The notes under the pieces are model-generated. The model had not been told where the DNA came from, ran no database searches, and saw nothing but the letters and a program-made list of their open reading frames with translations. Made by a program: the position numbers and the translations under genes. This document shows, in pieces, positions 47,201 to 55,440 of a stretch of DNA of 64,000 bases (position 1 is the stretch's first letter; every line of letters begins with the position of its first letter). The stretch is from a virus (taxonomy: Duplodnaviria; Caudoviricetes). The stretch is from the IMG/VR virus record IMGVR_UViG_3300031606_000339, positions 36,490-100,489 of that record, one strand, 5' to 3'.

Positions 47201-50200
47201 ATAACCCTGTTCGCCTGTTGAGCCGGTTACTATTCCCCCATGACAAACCGTAACACTACCACCGAGACCGTATGGAGTCTCTTCGCCTATCGCAGAGTGT
47301 TGTACAGAAATTTGAGTGGGGCTAACTCCACCGACCGTTGCTGACGCAGTTGTAACTCCTCCGTCGTCATTTGGGTAAGAAATGGTACAGTTCTCTCCAA
47401 CGCTCCAGCGACTTGCGTCTGAAAGATTAATGACAAACCACCAAGCTCCAACGCCACCACCACCAGAAGACCAGCTAGCTGAAGTTTCACATGGCGTAGC
47501 TTCGCCGCCCGTTAATCCTTGACCGCCTTGGTATCCTTGTTTGCCTGCGTCTCCTTGAAAGCCTTGTCCGCCTTGTTTACCTTGATAACCTTGACCGCCC
47601 TGCTTACCTTGTCTGCCTTGGTAGCCTTGCTCGCCTTGTTTACCATGCGGCGGACCTTGTATGCCCTGTATGCCCTGTTTACCTTGAAATCCTTGGTAGC
47701 CTTGCTTGCCCTGTTTGCCTTGATAGCCTTGGCGACCTTGAACGCCTTGAACGCCTTGCCAACCTTGTACGCCCTGTTCGCCTTGTCTGCCTTGTGCGCC
47801 TTGGTAGCCTTGATTACCTTGATTACCTTGGTTGCCTCTATTTCCTTGATTGCCTTGATTACCCTGATTACCTTGATAGCCTTGTGCGCCCTGTGAACCT
47901 TGATTACCCTGATTACCTTGCTTGCCTCGCAATCCTTGTCCGCCAATAGAGCCTTGATTACCTTGATTACCTTGGTAACCTTGTCCGCCTTGATTACCCT
48001 GATTACCTTGAAAGCCTTGATAACCTTGTTTACCTTGATAACCTTGACCGCCAATAGAGCCTTGTGAGCCAGTAGTGCCTTTCCTTCCTTGTACTCCTTG
48101 ATAACCTTGTCTGCCCAGAAATCCTTGATCGCCTCGTAATCCTTGAACGCCTTGATAACCTTGATTGCCCTGCTTACCAGTGAATCCTTGTACGCCTTGG
48201 TTACCTTTTTTGCCTTGAAGTCCTTGATCGCCTTGTGAACCTTGGTAACCTTGGTCGCCTTGCTTACCAGCGCCTTGGTAGCCTTGGAGACCTCGAAAAC
48301 CTTGACCGCCTTGATTACCCTGATTACCCTGATAACCTTGGCTGCCCTGATTACCTTGGTCTCCTGAGCCAGTTTGACCTTGAACGCCTTGAATGCCTTG
48401 CACGCCTTGAACGCCTTGGTAACCTTGTCTGCCCTGCTTCCCTTGCGCACCTAGCGCGCCTAGCATACCTTGAGAACCTTGACCGCCCAGCTTACCTTGT
48501 CTACCTTGGTAACCTTGATCGCCTTGTTTACCATGCGGCGGACCTTGCACGCCTTGGAAACCTTGTTTGCCTTGGTAACCTTGAATGCCCTGTATGCCCT
48601 GTTTGCCTTGGTAGCCCTGTTTGCCTTGGTAGCCTTGAACGCCTTGGGCTCCTTGTCTGCCCTGTACGCCTTGTTTGCCTTGGTAACCTTGCTTCCCTTG
48701 ATCGCCCTGCTCACCAACGAATCCTTGTTTACCTTGGTAACCTTGAACGCCCTGTACGCCTTGTACGCCTTGCGCTCCTTGTTCACCTATTTTACCCTGT
48801 GCGCCAATAATGCCTTGAAATCCTCGTAGTCCTTGTTTGCCCTGTGCGCCCTGATTGCCTTGGTTACCTTGGCCACCTTGCTTACCTTGATGACCTTGTA
48901 CACCTTGTTTGCCTTGGTAACCTTGCCTTCCTTGATAACCTTGAGCTCCTTGTTTGCCATGCGCGGGACCTTGTATGCCCTGTACGCCTTGATAACCCTG
49001 CTTGCCTTGAAAACCTACGTTGCCCTGATGCCCTCTATGTCCTTGGTTTCCGTTTTTGCCTTGGTAACCCTGTTTACCTTGATAACCCTGCCTGCCTTGA
49101 AAACCCACATTACCTTGAGAGCCTTTATGTCCTTGGTTTCCGTTTTTGCCTTGGTAACCCTGCACGCCTTGGAAGCCTTGCCTTCCTTGATAACCTTGCT
49201 CGCCTTGTTTACCATGCGGCGGACCTTGCACGCCTTGGAAACCTTGTTTGCCTTGGTAACCTTGAATGCCCTGTATGCCCTGTTTGCCTTGGTAGCCCTG
49301 TTTGCCTTGGTAGCCTTGAACGCCTTGGGCTCCTTGTATGCCCTGTACGCCTTGATAGCCTTGGTAACCTTGCTTCCCTTGGTAACCCTGTACGCCCTGC
49401 TCGCCTCGCAAACCCTGAACGCCCTGTACGCCTTGATAACCTTGCTTCCCTTGGTAACCCTGTACGCCCTGCTTGCCTCGTAAACCCTGAACGCCCTGTA
49501 CGCCTTGATAACCTTGCTTACCTTGTTCGCCTTGGTAACCTTGTTTGCCTTGGTAACCTTGAACGCCCTGTACGCCTTGAAAACCTTGTCTGCCCTGTAT
49601 CCCCTGTCTTCCTTGGTAACCTTGAACGCCCTGTACGCCTTGAATACCCTGTGCGCCCTGTTTGCCTTGGTAACCTTGAACGCCCTGTATGCCCTGTTTG
49701 CCTTGGTAACCTTGAACGCCCTGTTCGCCTTGTTTACCTTGTACACCCAAGCAGTTTACAGCATCAACAGCAACTACATTCCCATCGCCATAAGCAAGGA
49801 GAAACGCGTTGTACGCGCCTATCGCGCTTCCATAGAAAAAATTCCCCGGTACAGATAAAGACTCCCAGCACTGAGGAGTTTCTCCTAGTAAACCCTGATC
49901 GCCTTGGAAACCTTGTCTGCCCTGTACCCCTTGTTTGCCTTGGTAACCCTGTTTACCTTGTCCGCCAATAGCTCCTTGCGCGCCATGAGTTCCCTTCTTA
50001 CCTTGGTAACCTTGTGCTCCTTGAGCTCCTTGAATGCCCTGTATGCCCTGTTTGCCTTGGTAACCTTGAATGCCCTGTATACCCTGTTTACCTTGGTAAC
50101 CTTGAATGCCCTGTATGCCCTGTTTACCTTGGTAACCTTGAATGCCCTGTATGCCCTGTTTGCCTTGGTAACCTTGAACGCCCTGTATGCCCTGTTTGCC

Positions 50201-51079
50201 TTGGTAACCTTGAATGCCCTGTATACCCTGTTTGCCTTGGTAACCTTGAATGCCCTGTATGCCCTGTTTGCCTTGGTAACCTTGAACGCCCTGTATGCCC
50301 TGTTTGCCTTGGTAACCTTGAACGCCCTGTATGCCCTGTTTGCCTTGGTGACCTTGAACGCCCTGTATGCCCTGTTTGCCTTGGTAACCTTGAACGCCCT
50401 GTATGCCCTGTTTGCCCTGTTTGCCTTGGTAACCTTGAACGCCCTGTACGCCTTGAATACCTTGTACGCCCTGTTCGCCTTGTTTGCCTTGATGACCCTG
50501 TACCCCCTGTTCACCCTGTTCGCCTTGACCACCTTGATCGCCTTGATCGCCGGCATCTCCTCCGGAGGTTACCTTCCTTCTCCTACTGTGTACGTTAAGA
50601 TCTTCGTATAGAAAAGTAATGGTATCATTTCTTCCCGAGGGAGGAGTATCTATTAAACAATTATAAAACTGAGCAAATTTTAAAAGATCAGCAGGAGCAA
50701 CAGTTTCGATAGGCGCGGGCAATGCTTTTACGGCAAGCTTTTCTCCTTCCGCGTAACCGGGCAGGACCCCGTCACTATAATTGCCAGTAGGATAGCTAGG
50801 TCCTCTTAAACCTCTAGGTCTTAAAACGAGATAGTTCTTTAGCGTCGTCGGGTCAGCGCAGACGAGAATAGATGAAGATAGATAATCAAATAAACCCTGT
50901 TGGGGGTGGGCATTTGGCGGAATGATGCCGCCAATCATAAATCGTCCAGCCGGGTTCATTCCTCTTACGTCACCCACTTCATAAAAGGCAACGATAGTCA
51001 TCTCATGAAGATCTTCCTTAGCGACTCCCTCGCCTAAGTCATCTCCTCTTATGAAACCACCTTTTATTCCAAAACCCAT
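41255..51079 (-). CDS. Giant collagen-like (Gly-X-Gln) fibre protein, 3274 aa
   Basis: Unbroken ORF; ~170-aa N-domain, roughly 900-950 G-X-Y triplets mostly with Y=Gln, two non-collagen inserts, ~125-aa C-domain. Confidence 0.9.
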   Translation of the reverse strand: MGFGIKGGFIRGDDLGEGVAKEDLHEMTIVAFYEVGDVRGMNPAGRFMIGGIIPPNAHPQQGLFDYLSSSILVCADPTTLKNYLVLRPRGLRGPSYPTGNYSDGVLPGYAEGEKLAVKALPAPIETVAPADLLKFAQFYNCLIDTPPSGRNDTITFLYEDLNVHSRRRKVTSGGDAGDQGDQGGQGEQGEQGVQGHQGKQGEQGVQGIQGVQGVQGYQGKQGKQGIQGVQGYQGKQGIQGVQGHQGKQGIQGVQGYQGKQGIQGVQGYQGKQGIQGIQGYQGKQGIQGIQGYQGKQGIQGVQGYQGKQGIQGIQGYQGKQGIQGIQGYQGKQGIQGIQGYQGKQGIQGIQGAQGAQGYQGKKGTHGAQGAIGGQGKQGYQGKQGVQGRQGFQGDQGLLGETPQCWESLSVPGNFFYGSAIGAYNAFLLAYGDGNVVAVDAVNCLGVQGKQGEQGVQGYQGKQGIQGVQGYQGKQGAQGIQGVQGVQGYQGRQGIQGRQGFQGVQGVQGYQGKQGYQGEQGKQGYQGVQGVQGLRGKQGVQGYQGKQGYQGVQGVQGLRGEQGVQGYQGKQGYQGYQGVQGIQGAQGVQGYQGKQGYQGKQGIQGIQGYQGKQGFQGVQGPPHGKQGEQGYQGRQGFQGVQGYQGKNGNQGHKGSQGNVGFQGRQGYQGKQGYQGKNGNQGHRGHQGNVGFQGKQGYQGVQGIQGPAHGKQGAQGYQGRQGYQGKQGVQGHQGKQGGQGNQGNQGAQGKQGLRGFQGIIGAQGKIGEQGAQGVQGVQGVQGYQGKQGFVGEQGDQGKQGYQGKQGVQGRQGAQGVQGYQGKQGYQGKQGIQGIQGYQGKQGFQGVQGPPHGKQGDQGYQGRQGKLGGQGSQGMLGALGAQGKQGRQGYQGVQGVQGIQGVQGQTGSGDQGNQGSQGYQGNQGNQGGQGFRGLQGYQGAGKQGDQGYQGSQGDQGLQGKKGNQGVQGFTGKQGNQGYQGVQGLRGDQGFLGRQGYQGVQGRKGTTGSQGSIGGQGYQGKQGYQGFQGNQGNQGGQGYQGNQGNQGSIGGQGLRGKQGNQGNQGSQGAQGYQGNQGNQGNQGNRGNQGNQGNQGYQGAQGRQGEQGVQGWQGVQGVQGRQGYQGKQGKQGYQGFQGKQGIQGIQGPPHGKQGEQGYQGRQGKQGGQGYQGKQGGQGFQGDAGKQGYQGGQGLTGGEATPCETSASWSSGGGGVGAWWFVINLSDASRWSVGENCTISYPNDDGGVTTASATVGGVSPTQISVQHSAIGEETPYGLGGSVTVCHGGIVTGSTGEQGYQGYQGYQGIQGKQGVQGYQGKQGYQGKQGGQGVQGYQGAQGYQGKQGYQGKQGKTGDQGAQGYQGKAGNQGHKGAQGNIGVQGFQGVQGPSDGDQGKRGYQGGQGTIGTDGKQGSQGVQGPSDGAQGHQGVQGYQGVQGGQGNQGDQGTNGSQGHKGRQGNAGVQGNQGNQGNQGNQGGAGTDGKQGYQGGQGVQGVQGYQGKQGHQGKQGGQGVQGYQGAQGFQGKQGIQGIQGYQGKQGIQGEQGYQGATGKQGDQGVQGTLGWQGLRGYQGNQGGQGYQGTIGINGKQGSQGSYGAQGNQGNQGSTGGQGLQGETGKQGNQGYQGRQGTLGGQGDQGAQGDQGLRGKQGYQGFQGAQGNQGGQGYQGNQGGKGSQGHIGGQGYQGKQGLQGVQGEQGIQGIQGIQGIQGVQGPSDGAQGFQGHVGGQGYQGKQGVQGVQGVQGPSDGAQGAQGYQGLRGQQGYRGGQGFQGNQGGAGVDGKQGGQGYQGNQGNRGYQGNQGDQGTGKQGVQGEQGAQGKQGYQGKNGNQGHKGSQGNAGVQGAQGKTGDQGKKGYQGNQGNQGDQGDQGNQGDQGDQGNQGDQGNAGTNGKQGYQGAGVQGARGRQGNAGTQGEQGKRGLLGFRGVIGVQGVQGNQGDQGVQGYQGKQGIQGYQGKQGIQGIQGIQGYQGKKGNQGVQGKQGYQGNQGVQGFQGRFGYQGKQGYQGRKGSQGNMGFQGEHGFVGAPGKDGSGGEAGVQGYQGKQGYQGGQGYTGVGVQGDAGDQGRWGDLGMQGFRGYQGNQGNQGSQGVTGTGGQGVQGVEGYQGKQGYQGSIGNGKQGSKGSQGNVGVQGHTGKQGGVGAQGIDGDQGATGKQGYQGKQGWQGVQGGGGAQGRQGYQGKQGYQGVQGVQGKQGYQGIQGVTGKQGYQGKQGYQGKQGVQGYQGKQGYQGDQGGGGAQGRQGFQGSQGYQGNQGAKGDQGAQGKEGIQGFQGNQGDQGNQGATGDQGLAGKQGDQGNQGSSGNQGNQGAIGEQGYQGELGVQGDQGALGGQGDQGALGGQGDQGLKGTTGSQGSIGGQGSIGGQGGVGVQGVQGVQGGAGVQGSIGYGNQGSTGKQGVQGGQGVQGTIGNQGDQGNIGAQGVQGVQGVQGVQGVQGVQGDQGDIGVQGKQGFQGNQGGAGTDGKQGVQGTIGNQGGQGNQGYQGKQGIQGIQGYQGKQGIQGVQGYQGKQGIQGVQGYQGKQGIQGIQGYQGKQGIQGVQGYQGKQGGQGAVGTGGQGAIGEQGPTAADGAQGVQGLTGAGDQGVQGVQGKQGDQGVQGCQGLDGAQGLPGNQGTQGGSGTGGTQGDQGNQGVQGLGDQGSQGDTGGKQGSQGYAGVGVQGVQGVQGVQGDQGAQGCQGLQGGQGDQGATGTGTQGLTGKQGAQGAQGYQGKQGSQGSDGKQGYQGFQGSQGYQGNQGAQGARGEQGVIGAQGNVGIQGAQGVQGYQGKQGIQGVQGYQGKQGIQGVQGYQGKQGIQGIQGYQGKQGIQGVQGNQGSNGNQGHKGSQGNIGVQGFQGIQGYQGKQGIQGIQGYQGKQGFQGESDGAQGDQGYQGESDGAQGAQGFVGNGAQGYQGLEGVPGKDGSGGGGGAQGYQGKQGIQGIQGYQGKQGVQGVQGIQGYQGESDGAQGYQGYQGESDGAQGYQGYQGRWGGPGIQGKQGFQGNQGNQGETDGEQGAQGGFGASGQDGAQGESDGAQGAQGAAGAQGVQGVQGVQGVQGVQGVQGIQGYQGKQGVQGIQGYQGKQGIQGIQGYQGKQGIQGIQGYQGKQGFQGESDGAQGALGYQGYQGESDGAQGYQGYQGESDGAQGAQGFVGAPGKSGGPQGDQGDKAAIVPSVYGEKYVALVCVEMPETRFEDILAIKTEGKDYLTITIDKEFYHACESNSIIAISHTTSEPSACGIKIDGNTVRIKFGGSVPEEIYIKISGIRKGRMGRRFMEYSEDEMKDNNAFWSSWKK
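41640..50570 (-). repeat. 9-bp-periodic coding repeat (GGN NNN CAR) with 36-bp tandem sub-arrays
   Basis: Plus strand is dominated by ccttg/ccctg every 9 nt; the 36-bp unit gccttggtaaccttgaacgccctgtatgccctgttt is tandem at ~50030-50450, 43450-43650 and 42660-42800. Confidence 0.95.
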
Positions 51080-51080
51080 T

Positions 51081-52745
51081 TTATTTTATTCCTGTGATGT
51101 ATAGCCCAGTAGTATAACTCCCGCTGCCAGATATAGTTAGTAGCGCTACCAAAGGCTCTTCGTCATAATAAATGTTGTTAGTTATAATTAAATTTACAGA
51201 TGATTCATTGTAATTTTCTTTACTCTTGAAGAATATTCTGTCATTTTCATATCCATAAGGCTCATCAGATGAACCAGAGATGTAATGCCCCTCTTTCCTA
51301 AAATCATCATATCCGCTTAGATCATTTATATTGGACTGCTTATGGATATATACTCCTGATCCCGTATAAAAATTCCAAGACCCAGTAAATGTTTTTAAAT
51401 AAGTTCCTATCAAAGGGGTAGCTTTCGCTCCCGTTGCTAAAACTGCATATCCTGTAGCATCAACGAATACGCCTGTTCCGCTCTGCTGAGTGAAAACAAC
51501 ATTTGGAACGCTGGAATAGCCAGAGCCATAAGACACCATAAGCACCTCTGTCCCTCCACTATAACTTCCGGTTATATGGAGTAAGCCTGATGCTCCTGTT
51601 CCTCCCCCTCCGACGAAATTAACCAAAGGTTGCCCCGTGTAGCTTTTCCCCGAAGCTGTCATAATTACCCCGCTGACGTTAGAATAGATTATGGCGCTTG
51701 CGGAAGAATACCCCGACCCCGGACTAGTTATATCTATCCCGGTGACTTGACCATTACCTACGAAGCTCCTTGCAACCGCCTTGTCGCTTGAGCCATTTAT
51801 TTCTATGTATGGATCACCATAATATCCTGTTCCGCCTTGGTCTATTTTTATTCCCGTAATATATCCAGAAAATAATCCCGTCCTCCCAGAGTGATGAGTT
51901 AAGTTGGCGTCCAGCTTTATCCCGCTAATATAGTTTCTATCTAAAGCATGGTAGTGCGTAACCATATATGTACCGGTTTTTTCCAAGAAGGGGTTTCCGC
52001 CAGACGCAACATTATCGCTACCGACCTCTACAAAAGATTGGCTTTGCGGGAAGGAGGTCAAACTAAACTCCGTGGAATAAGTGTCCTCTCTTCCGGAGAT
52101 CTCGAAGGTTTTTTTGAAGTTTCCAAACGAAGTATAAAAAAGAGTAGAAACATTATAAAGAACTCGGTTATCCGCACGAATACCGGAGAAAACTATATTG
52201 CCGTCACCACTAACATTTTTTGGTAGCTCATATATCGCAAGGTGCCCAGTTAAAGCTTCGTCTATATCTCCAGATAAAATATCAAAAGCATATCCAGATC
52301 CACTATTTACGACCTTGCCAGTAATTAATTGGTCTTTATAAAAAGACTGCGGAAACCCAGAAAAAGCGAAGTCCCCAGAGCCACTACCATAAAATTTTGG
52401 ATACACTCTAAGATTACAGCCAGTGCAGTCAATGAACATCCTTTGCGTTTTGAAATTTTCCTTTGCTCCGTCTTGAGAAATTAAGACTTTATCTACGTAA
52501 TAATTATATTCTGAACCGTTTACGCTACCAGACAAATTAAAACTTGTGTTTTTTCTGTAAGAACTTACGTATCTTCCCTCTGGGTCAATGATCCTTCCGC
52601 TCTGAAAATCAAATTTAAATATTTTATCTTCTCCTGAAAAGCCGAAAGACGCCAAGCCCGACAAAGTGTCAATAGACAAGTCTGCGTTAAAGGTAAAATC
52701 CTCTCTTTCTTGCACCCTCCTATATGCCGCAGAAGTAAAGATCAT
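51081..52745 (-). CDS. Putative virion structural/tail protein
   Basis: Gly/Ser/Thr-rich beta protein with repeated I.I...G.GY...P units as in phage tail/baseplate proteins; lies in the structural operon. Confidence 0.65.
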   Translation of the reverse strand: MIFTSAAYRRVQEREDFTFNADLSIDTLSGLASFGFSGEDKIFKFDFQSGRIIDPEGRYVSSYRKNTSFNLSGSVNGSEYNYYVDKVLISQDGAKENFKTQRMFIDCTGCNLRVYPKFYGSGSGDFAFSGFPQSFYKDQLITGKVVNSGSGYAFDILSGDIDEALTGHLAIYELPKNVSGDGNIVFSGIRADNRVLYNVSTLFYTSFGNFKKTFEISGREDTYSTEFSLTSFPQSQSFVEVGSDNVASGGNPFLEKTGTYMVTHYHALDRNYISGIKLDANLTHHSGRTGLFSGYITGIKIDQGGTGYYGDPYIEINGSSDKAVARSFVGNGQVTGIDITSPGSGYSSASAIIYSNVSGVIMTASGKSYTGQPLVNFVGGGGTGASGLLHITGSYSGGTEVLMVSYGSGYSSVPNVVFTQQSGTGVFVDATGYAVLATGAKATPLIGTYLKTFTGSWNFYTGSGVYIHKQSNINDLSGYDDFRKEGHYISGSSDEPYGYENDRIFFKSKENYNESSVNLIITNNIYYDEEPLVALLTISGSGSYTTGLYITGIK

Positions 52746-52749
52746 TTGT

Positions 52750-55371
52750 CTAAAGTACTTTCGGTCCGATTTTAGTCATAAAGATGTCTCCCTTGGCAAC
52801 ACTAGCCGGTCTACTGCTAAATTTAAGAATAGAGCTTATTCCTTCTTCGCTAAGTGAAGCGGTAAAACCTTCAAATCCTTTTTCTGGGTCCATGAAGGGT
52901 TCCAAATCCCCGAAGTCTAATCCCTGCATATTTACGGTCACAGACTTTCTAGGAAATTTCGCGCTGACATTCAATAAACCCATAAGATAATTGTGATGAT
53001 CATCCACAGTAATTAGCCCCTGTCCGGGAATATAAACATTGATAAGCTCTGGCTGCCCCTTACTAACAAAGGCGTCTATTGCTTGGCTAACGTCTTTATC
53101 AATTATTTTCATTTTTGCTACGTTGCCCGGCGCGCCAAAGTTGTTCTTCACAATTTTGGTCGTCCTCATGGTCTCTGAAAATCTTATGTCTTCTGTATAG
53201 TTAGCTCTATACCAGATATTCATGTTCCCAGCGCCAGTCATGCCGTGCGAGCCAACGGGAAAAATGATTCGCTTAGTAACTCCCCTAAACCTCAAATCAA
53301 AAGCTAAAGCATTCCTTGAGTAAAGTCCCGGGTACCAAGGGGTCGTCGTGCTGTTGTCGTAAAGTTGGTTAAAATTGTTTGTGTTAATTGCGCCTGATGG
53401 GTTTTTTGTGCATTGGCAAACTGTCGCGGCTAGGTTTGATTGTTGCTCGCAGGGTAGACTGCAACTGGGGGAGTTTTGTTTATCGTCAATTTTTTCATTC
53501 CACAACAACTCTTCTGGATTATCGGTAGTGATTATGTTCCCAAATCCAATTATTTGATTTATCTTCGCCGCAGTGGGGACTAAAATAACCATTGGAGTTA
53601 TTCCTTGCTGCTTTAAGTTGGAAACTTCGGTTGCTAAATTTTGTAAAATAGGCGCATTCCCGCATCTAGCTATTAATCTAGCGTGGATTTTTCCTTCAAG
53701 CGGAATGTATAGGGGCATGTATGGCTCTAGGTAGTCAACTTGGTTAGGCTCTGGTCCGTTAAAAAGATCGTTCACTTCTTTTTCGTCTGTCGACCAAACC
53801 GCGTCAGACCTATTAAAAACCCTGATGTAATTAGAAGACCCCCAAGGGTCATGAGACATTGGACCGTACATTTGGTCAGACCAAGGCAGTTGTTTCTTTC
53901 CGTTTTTATAAAAGAGATCCCCGCCCGGGTTTAATTTAGCCTGAACAGTATATTTTATCAGGTTCGCTTGGTCGCAAACGTTATTTTCTTCCAAGAAATT
54001 TAAATTTGTATACCAATACTTACCTATAATGTTATTTGCGATATCCGACTCCCAGCTTTCCCAAGAATCGTGTTGCTTTTCGCTATAATGGCCGATGTAA
54101 ACCTTAAACTGACCACCCCACCTGTCAATCAGCCTGTCTTTATATGTCTTGGTGTTGAAGCAATCTTCTATCAGCTCATCTCTGACGTTATTGGGGACTT
54201 CATATACATTTCTCACTCCCAATGCCTGCCAAGCGTTTGGCGCATATCCTTGAGCTAGGGAGGTTATATATAAGTCCCTAACCTTGCCGTTGTATTTAGC
54301 TAACGCGCAAGAATAATTAAAGTCCGCCTCTAATCGACCAGACCTAGCCGAAGCAGTAAAAATGCTGGTCGTAGTTAAGGCTTCATAATAAGTTAGAAAG
54401 TGAGTGCTCATGTCAAACGGACGGGGAAACGCCTGCCTAGCGTGTCTAGTGACAACGTACTGTTGCTCCGTTTGTGTTATGTCTGTTTCCTCTTCTACTG
54501 AAGTTACTAATGGTCCGGATGTATTCGTTATTGACTTAGCTACGGAGGATACATTGTCTATCGTAGCGGCTAAAGCTGGACTGCTCATGTCTATTTCAAT
54601 AACTTTCCCGGGGAACTTCGAAAAATCCCACCTGAAGGATACCCCGAAGTCACTGCACCAGTTATTCAGGACATCCCTTAAGCTACCTGAATAAGCTTGT
54701 CTATAATTTGGCGCACGGTCTACTATGTCCGTCATTATGCCCATATTTTGCATGGCTTTTTTTAATTCTGAAAAATTATAATTAACCTCTGGAAGTTCGC
54801 ATTGCGATTTTCCCCATTCTTCTCTTCCTAAAATGAGAAAGCCTCCATCTTCATTATTACCTATGGGTATTAGCCTAGAGTAGTCTAAAACTCTGGTCGC
54901 TAACGGACCCGAATAGTTCACCTGAGTTGCGCTTCTGTTTAATATATTGCAAGAAGGACACAATACAGGTATTTCAAACCCAACAGACTCAGTAGCTATA
55001 TTGGAAGCTGTTTGATCTTGTCGATGTATTAAACCTACTTGAACTCTATCTAAAATGTGAGAGCCATCAATAAAATTAACAGAGAGGTCTTTTTTTTCTG
55101 CTGAATGACTAGAGCTAGAAGAGACAAGATACATGTAATATGTAAAGCCCCCCATCGTGATCGTGTAAGGTTCCAGAAAGCTTAGCTTTCCACCCAGATC
55201 CGGAAAGTTACCGTCGCTATTTACGATGTTTAAACTAAGCTGAGAGGGCTGGTCGGCATAGTTTGTCTGCATATTGAATGCGTAAATTTGCCCATTGAAA
55301 GCGGTCCCGTGCTTCGGATTCGGATTCGCTGCGTTCGCAACGCTAATTTTTTCTATGTACCTAAACGCCAT
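52750..55371 (-). CDS. Putative tail/baseplate hub-like protein
   Basis: 873-aa ORF with SD AAGGAG; YSGSLRDVLNNWCSDFG segment reminiscent of hub proteins; context only. Confidence 0.5.
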   Translation of the reverse strand: MAFRYIEKISVANAANPNPKHGTAFNGQIYAFNMQTNYADQPSQLSLNIVNSDGNFPDLGGKLSFLEPYTITMGGFTYYMYLVSSSSSHSAEKKDLSVNFIDGSHILDRVQVGLIHRQDQTASNIATESVGFEIPVLCPSCNILNRSATQVNYSGPLATRVLDYSRLIPIGNNEDGGFLILGREEWGKSQCELPEVNYNFSELKKAMQNMGIMTDIVDRAPNYRQAYSGSLRDVLNNWCSDFGVSFRWDFSKFPGKVIEIDMSSPALAATIDNVSSVAKSITNTSGPLVTSVEEETDITQTEQQYVVTRHARQAFPRPFDMSTHFLTYYEALTTTSIFTASARSGRLEADFNYSCALAKYNGKVRDLYITSLAQGYAPNAWQALGVRNVYEVPNNVRDELIEDCFNTKTYKDRLIDRWGGQFKVYIGHYSEKQHDSWESWESDIANNIIGKYWYTNLNFLEENNVCDQANLIKYTVQAKLNPGGDLFYKNGKKQLPWSDQMYGPMSHDPWGSSNYIRVFNRSDAVWSTDEKEVNDLFNGPEPNQVDYLEPYMPLYIPLEGKIHARLIARCGNAPILQNLATEVSNLKQQGITPMVILVPTAAKINQIIGFGNIITTDNPEELLWNEKIDDKQNSPSCSLPCEQQSNLAATVCQCTKNPSGAINTNNFNQLYDNSTTTPWYPGLYSRNALAFDLRFRGVTKRIIFPVGSHGMTGAGNMNIWYRANYTEDIRFSETMRTTKIVKNNFGAPGNVAKMKIIDKDVSQAIDAFVSKGQPELINVYIPGQGLITVDDHHNYLMGLLNVSAKFPRKSVTVNMQGLDFGDLEPFMDPEKGFEGFTASLSEEGISSILKFSSRPASVAKGDIFMTKIGPKVL

Positions 55372-55392
55372 TATATTTACTCCTTTTGCCCT

Positions 55393-55407
55393 CTTATACT
55401 TACACTT
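55393..55407 (-). promoter_or_regulatory. AAGTGTA motif (putative late promoter)
   Basis: Minus strand reads AAGTGTAAGTATAAG in the only sizeable gap of the structural block; same core as 5768-5793. Confidence 0.45.
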
Positions 55408-55440
55408 CTGATATTAATTCATAATTTTTAAAATTTATTA

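Noticed and set aside
41626-50611. Many long alternative-frame and antisense ORFs (e.g. 41677..43395, 48844..49971, the KVTKANR and LVTLNAL types)
   Set aside because: Expected by-products of the 9-bp periodic GGN-NNN-CAR repeat, which lacks stops in several frames
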